This document shows, piece after piece, positions 60,148-64,000 of a stretch of 64,000 nucleotides of DNA. The notes under the pieces are model-generated. The model was not told where the DNA came from. It ran no database searches and was given only the letters and a program-made list of their open reading frames with translations. This stretch comes from an archaeon CG10_big_fil_rev_8_21_14_0_10_43_11 (lineage in GTDB: Archaea > Nanobdellota > Nanobdellia > PEZQ01), in assembly GCA_002763265.1 (NCBI GenBank), contig PEZQ01000006.1, positions 94,141-158,140 of the forward strand. The letters are read 5' to 3'. The position numbers and the translations under genes were made by a program. The first letter of the stretch is position 1; each line of letters begins with the position of its first letter.

Positions 60148-60612
60148 ATGGACATGCCTCAAATGCCAAAACAGGAAATGCAAAAAGAGTCTAAATCTCA
60201 AGCAGCAAAGCAGGGAGTGCCGGGAATTGATTTTGAATTAATTTCAAAAACAGTAAGTGAACTTAACCGTCGTGTACGCGCGGTTGAAGAACAGCTTACG
60301 GCAAGCAGACAGCGGCTTGATATTATGGATGATTCAGTTCATGACACAATTAAGACTGTTTCTCGCGATGTTGAAGAAACAAAGGCGCAGGTAAGCGAAA
60401 TTAATAGCGCGCTTAGCGAGTTTCGCACAACACTCCAGCAATTAATCAAACAGCTTGGCGTGTTTGCACGAAAAAGCGATGTGAGCGCACTCGAGAAGTA
60501 CGTTGACCTGCTTGACCCTTCACAATATCTTTCTAAAAAAGAGATTGTGAACCTGATTCGTGAACATCTTAACATGCCTCCTGTTGAAGAAGAAGAAGAG
60601 CAGGAAGAGTAA
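60148..60612 (+). CDS. coiled-coil protein
   Basis: Long heptad pattern, FARKSDVSALEKYVDLLDP C-terminal block. Confidence 0.85.
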   Translation: MDMPQMPKQEMQKESKSQAAKQGVPGIDFELISKTVSELNRRVRAVEEQLTASRQRLDIMDDSVHDTIKTVSRDVEETKAQVSEINSALSEFRTTLQQLIKQLGVFARKSDVSALEKYVDLLDPSQYLSKKEIVNLIREHLNMPPVEEEEEQEE

Positions 60613-60656
60613 CGTGTTGGAAACCTTAATAAGACGCAAACGAGGGAAATGATAGT

Positions 60657-61505
60657 ATGGCTAGTTTCATTCAAAAGCTGTTTGGAAAAAAAGATGCGCC
60701 TGCACAAAAAGGCGGGGTGTCACTTTCTCAGATTGAACAGATGATTTCTCAGGGAATGTCAAAAACGCAAATTGTTGATTATTACCGCAAACAGGGAGCA
60801 CCTCTTGCAACTATTGAGCGCGCAATTTCTCAGGCAGTTGCAAAACAAAATGTTATTTCAGGCTCACCAGTTTCAGCGCCACCACAGCAAATGGGCGGGG
60901 GCGGGGCGCAATCACCAACCACATTTGAAGGAGTAGAACAATCAGCACCAGACATGTCCCTTCCTCAAATGCCCTCAATGGACAACGAGATGAACATACC
61001 TAACATGGGAGAAGCTCAAGAGCAGGGTTTGCCACAACCTCCTGAAGGATTAGACATGCCCCCAATGCCTGGACCTCAAAACGTTCCGCAAGCGCCTCAA
61101 ATGCCCGAACCAGAAGAAAGCGCGCAGGAGAACGAGCTTGCGCGTGATGTTGATACTATTGGCGATGTTGAGGAATTAATTGAAGCAATAGTTGAAGAAC
61201 GATTGACTGATGTTACTGAAAAGCTTGATGAGATTGAGCGCATAAAAGAACAGGTTGATACAAACGTGTCCGGCATTGATGAACGCTTCAGTTCGTATGA
61301 TGAACGCTTAGCGCATCTTGAAGAAGAGCAAAAGAGTGCAAATGATAATTACCGCAAAACCATTGAAGAAGTTCGTCTTGAAATGGGTGCAATGGAAAAA
61401 GCAATGAAAAAGTTAGTGCCCACCCTTGCTTCAAACATTCGTGAACTCCAGGAATTGCAGGAAACAAAAAAGAAAGCAGCATCAAAATCATCTAAAAAGA
61501 AATAA
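60657..61505 (+). CDS. Pro/Gln-rich linker + coiled-coil protein with amphipathic N-terminus
   Basis: MASFIQKLFGKK, small helical domain, low-complexity PQM linker, VEELIEAIVEER coiled coil. Confidence 0.85.
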   Translation: MASFIQKLFGKKDAPAQKGGVSLSQIEQMISQGMSKTQIVDYYRKQGAPLATIERAISQAVAKQNVISGSPVSAPPQQMGGGGAQSPTTFEGVEQSAPDMSLPQMPSMDNEMNIPNMGEAQEQGLPQPPEGLDMPPMPGPQNVPQAPQMPEPEESAQENELARDVDTIGDVEELIEAIVEERLTDVTEKLDEIERIKEQVDTNVSGIDERFSSYDERLAHLEEEQKSANDNYRKTIEEVRLEMGAMEKAMKKLVPTLASNIRELQELQETKKKAASKSSKKK

Positions 61506-61544
61506 CCGTTCTTATGATTTTTTTATCCAATCAAACACCCAAGG

Positions 61545-62120
61545 TTATGTTGAGTTTGCTATTACAAACGCGGCTATTGCAAAGATAAAGAAAAGCACAA
61601 CAAGGCCAAGCACTTGGGGTAATGAAAGAAAGAAAACAGCGCGCTCACTTGCACTGAGTTCTTCAACTTTTTCTGAAAGCGTTTTGTTTTCCTCTTCTGC
61701 AAGTTTTTCAATGTTTGCAGAAGAAACATTAGGAAACGCGCTTGCCATGACCACAAAGAGCAGGAGAATTGCTATTGCAAGAATAAGTGTGTACCTTCCT
61801 TCCTCAAAGTTTCCAACAATTTTGAGTATTTCCTCATATTTCATGCCGCCCATCAAGAGTACAAAAGCAAACATGAAAAGCACAATGCCAAAACCGGTGA
61901 AGTAAGGTACGAGCGTAGCAATAAAGGTGCGCGCAGTTGGTGAGATAACAACGCCAACAGCAATGGCAAGTGCAACAATAGCTTGCAGTTCTTTGCCCTG
62001 AATCACGCCTGAACGCAGTAGTACCCCATACACTACGGCATACACGAGTATGAAAGGTATAACTATTTCATAGAATCCGGATTGTTGAATAAGTGACAGT
62101 GCGTCAGTGAATGCAACCAT
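61545..62120 (-). CDS. integral membrane protein (paralog 3)
   Basis: GFYEIVIPFILVYAVVYGVL motif; ~5 TM. Confidence 0.85.
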   Translation of the reverse strand: MVAFTDALSLIQQSGFYEIVIPFILVYAVVYGVLLRSGVIQGKELQAIVALAIAVGVVISPTARTFIATLVPYFTGFGIVLFMFAFVLLMGGMKYEEILKIVGNFEEGRYTLILAIAILLLFVVMASAFPNVSSANIEKLAEEENKTLSEKVEELSASERAVFFLSLPQVLGLVVLFFIFAIAAFVIANST

Positions 62121-62123
62121 TGT

Positions 62124-62747
62124 TTAGACCCCCCTTTTGAGCAGCCATTTAAGGATTTTTTCCGCGTCAAGGCTTGGTACCATGCTTTGGCCTTCGCCTT
62201 TGAATGCCCATGCTATAAGTAGTATGAAGCCTCCAATTAATAAGAGTAATGCTATATCATAGTCTGAAATGAGAAAACCGCCAAGACTCAGACCGCGTTC
62301 GTTTGGTTCAATAAGGGTAAGCGCACCGCCAGTCGTTGCTGCCCAGAAAATAAGCAAGATCGCGCCTGCAACAGCAAGCCGCATGAGGTTTGAGCTCAAA
62401 AAACCAGAAGCTACATTTTCTGGAAAGATAAAGTAAAGCGTGAACATAAGCGCTACCATGCCTATAAGGAAGATGGAAAGCGGGGGAAATGCGCGCTCAA
62501 TTGTGAGCACAACCGTTGGCGAGAGCGTTGCTGTGTACGCAATAACAAATGAAATAATAAGGCGCATAGCACCATGTTTTTGCTGTCCAAAAAGCCGTCC
62601 AGTCATGAGAAGTGCGTTATAAATGATAACAAAGACAAGAAGAAATGCAAGCACGAAAACAACGCCGTTCACTCCTTCTGGTGCGAAAATGTCTGCAATG
62701 CCTGAGAGTTGTGAGAACACATTTATTAAAAGCGAGTCTGTTGCCAT
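62124..62747 (-). CDS. integral membrane protein (paralog 2)
   Basis: VLAFLLVFVIIYNALL...ISFVIA motif; ~5 TM. Confidence 0.85.
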   Translation of the reverse strand: MATDSLLINVFSQLSGIADIFAPEGVNGVVFVLAFLLVFVIIYNALLMTGRLFGQQKHGAMRLIISFVIAYTATLSPTVVLTIERAFPPLSIFLIGMVALMFTLYFIFPENVASGFLSSNLMRLAVAGAILLIFWAATTGGALTLIEPNERGLSLGGFLISDYDIALLLLIGGFILLIAWAFKGEGQSMVPSLDAEKILKWLLKRGV

Positions 62748-63317
62748 TTAGCTGCTACCCCCACTCTCACCTTGCGATGTGCTTTTCCATATCCATGCAA
62801 TTGCACCAACAATGAGCACAAGAAATATCATAACTGACAGGTTTTCTGCGCTAAAAAGACCTGCACCAGTTCCGACGCCTGCAACAATTGAAGAGAAGCT
62901 CCACCATCCTGCTGCAAGACCAAAAGAGAAAACAAACGCAAAAGCAGTGACGCCAAGCATGATTTGTTTGTACCATTCTTTTTCAAGCAGTTTTTCAAAG
63001 TCGCCAAACGCAAGCGCGGCAAGCATGACAAAACTGACAAAGATAACGCTCAATAAGCCTATATACGGAATAAACGCAGTCATAACATCAAGCAGGTTTG
63101 CAGCGCCAACAAAAAGCAGTGCAATAACAAAGGCAACAACGCTGTTGAGTTCTTTTTTTGGCACGTTTTTTCCTTTTTCTTGTTTCATGCCAAAGACGTT
63201 TGTGCGGTCAAGCACGCCATACACAATGGCGTAAACAAGAAAGGTGGGTAAAACTATTTGGAAGAAGCCCATGCGGCGCAAGAGTTCAAGCGCGGATACG
63301 AAACTCACTTCTACCAT
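62748..63317 (-). CDS. integral membrane protein (paralog 1)
   Basis: GFFQIVLPTFLVYAIVYGVLDRT...NSVVAFVIA; ~5 TM. Confidence 0.85.
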   Translation of the reverse strand: MVEVSFVSALELLRRMGFFQIVLPTFLVYAIVYGVLDRTNVFGMKQEKGKNVPKKELNSVVAFVIALLFVGAANLLDVMTAFIPYIGLLSVIFVSFVMLAALAFGDFEKLLEKEWYKQIMLGVTAFAFVFSFGLAAGWWSFSSIVAGVGTGAGLFSAENLSVMIFLVLIVGAIAWIWKSTSQGESGGSS

Positions 63318-63374
63318 TACTACCTATCTTATGCGGGTGTGTATTAAAAAAGGTTTAGGAATTAATGTTTTTAG

Positions 63375-63875
63375 TCATTGTTTTGGGTAATGGATGGTTT
63401 GTCCGCCTGCTTTTTGTGATTCGCAGAATTGGTCAAGAAAATTGTCTTTAATAAATCCCGCAAAGTAGAGCGCGCTATGAAGCACAAACACGTGATACTC
63501 GCTATCATTCAGGTTGCGATAAATGTTTTGTTTAACATGAATAATATGGCCCGCGCCTCCAAGTAGGTCTTTGAGTTTTTGCGCGTCTTCTTTGGACCAG
63601 TGGGGTAGTGTTTCAAGGTCAAAGTGGTCGGTGAGTCTGCCAATGATTTGGCGCGTAAATTGAGCGGGGTCTTGCGCATTTGACACACCGAGGGGTCGGA
63701 GTTGTTGTTGGTAGAGTTTAAATGATTGGTTGAGCACAAGCAAAAATTGACGTTTAAAACGCGCGTCATCACTGCGCGGGTAGTATGCCCTAATTTTTTG
63801 AATAAGCGCGCGAAACGCAGGTTTTGTGTTTTTGAGCTCGGCTCTTGTGAGAAATTCAAAAGATTGTTCAGGCAC
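63375..63875 (-). CDS. hypothetical protein, possibly the 3' part of a gene frameshifted at an A10 run
   Basis: GTG-started 166-aa ORF 9 nt after the stop of an upstream partial ORF. Confidence 0.6.
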   Translation of the reverse strand: MPEQSFEFLTRAELKNTKPAFRALIQKIRAYYPRSDDARFKRQFLLVLNQSFKLYQQQLRPLGVSNAQDPAQFTRQIIGRLTDHFDLETLPHWSKEDAQKLKDLLGGAGHIIHVKQNIYRNLNDSEYHVFVLHSALYFAGFIKDNFLDQFCESQKAGGQTIHYPKQ

Positions 63876-63883
63876 GCGTGGTG

Positions 63884-64000
63884 TTATTTTTTTTTTGATT
63901 CAACCAAGACATTGGGATTTTCTCCAATCGCGCTTAATCCTTGCGAAAAGCGCGTCATTTCAGCGTCCCATTCGTTGAGAAGGTCAATAACTGATTTAGT
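63884..64000 (-). CDS. partial ORF entering from the window edge
   Basis: Open frame TKSVIDLLNEWDAEM...ESKKK* ending right after an A10 run. Confidence 0.55.
   Translation of the reverse strand, partial: TKSVIDLLNEWDAEMTRFSQGLSAIGENPNVLVESKKK

Overview
Archaeal chromosomal segment, most likely from a DPANN (Nanobdellati) lineage. This is inferred from the archaeal ftsZ-secE-spt5-rpl11-rpl1-rplP0-rpl12 cluster, an archaeal-type AlaRS, TATA-box promoters and numerous class III signal-peptide proteins. 1-16.6 kb: housekeeping genes (fused GuaA, CYTH protein, ApgM, AlaRS, RadC, CcdA/TlpA), a small type IV pilus-like operon and a putative toxin-antitoxin pair. 16.8-20.5 kb: an AT-rich, decaying island that looks like a RiPP cluster, with an unannotated 55-aa precursor, a SAM methyltransferase, a frameshifted RRE-radical SAM/SPASM gene and a transglutaminase-like TPR protein. 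20.7-30 kb: Csp, an EEP nuclease/phosphatase, the ribosomal/ftsZ cluster with two inserted genes, a nitrilase with an in-frame TGA, a peptidase S51 and SlyD. 30-60 kb: a ~30 kb co-directional type IV pilus/secretion locus (ATPase, TadC-like platform and 22 pilin-like or secreted proteins, most Cys-rich). Its most striking feature is a tandem array of short pilins whose tips match the six-cysteine spacing of animal beta-defensins, next to large Cys-rich adhesin-like proteins with exposed amphipathic segments. No rRNA, tRNA, CRISPR array or transposase was recognised. All family calls come from motif recognition by eye, not database searches.
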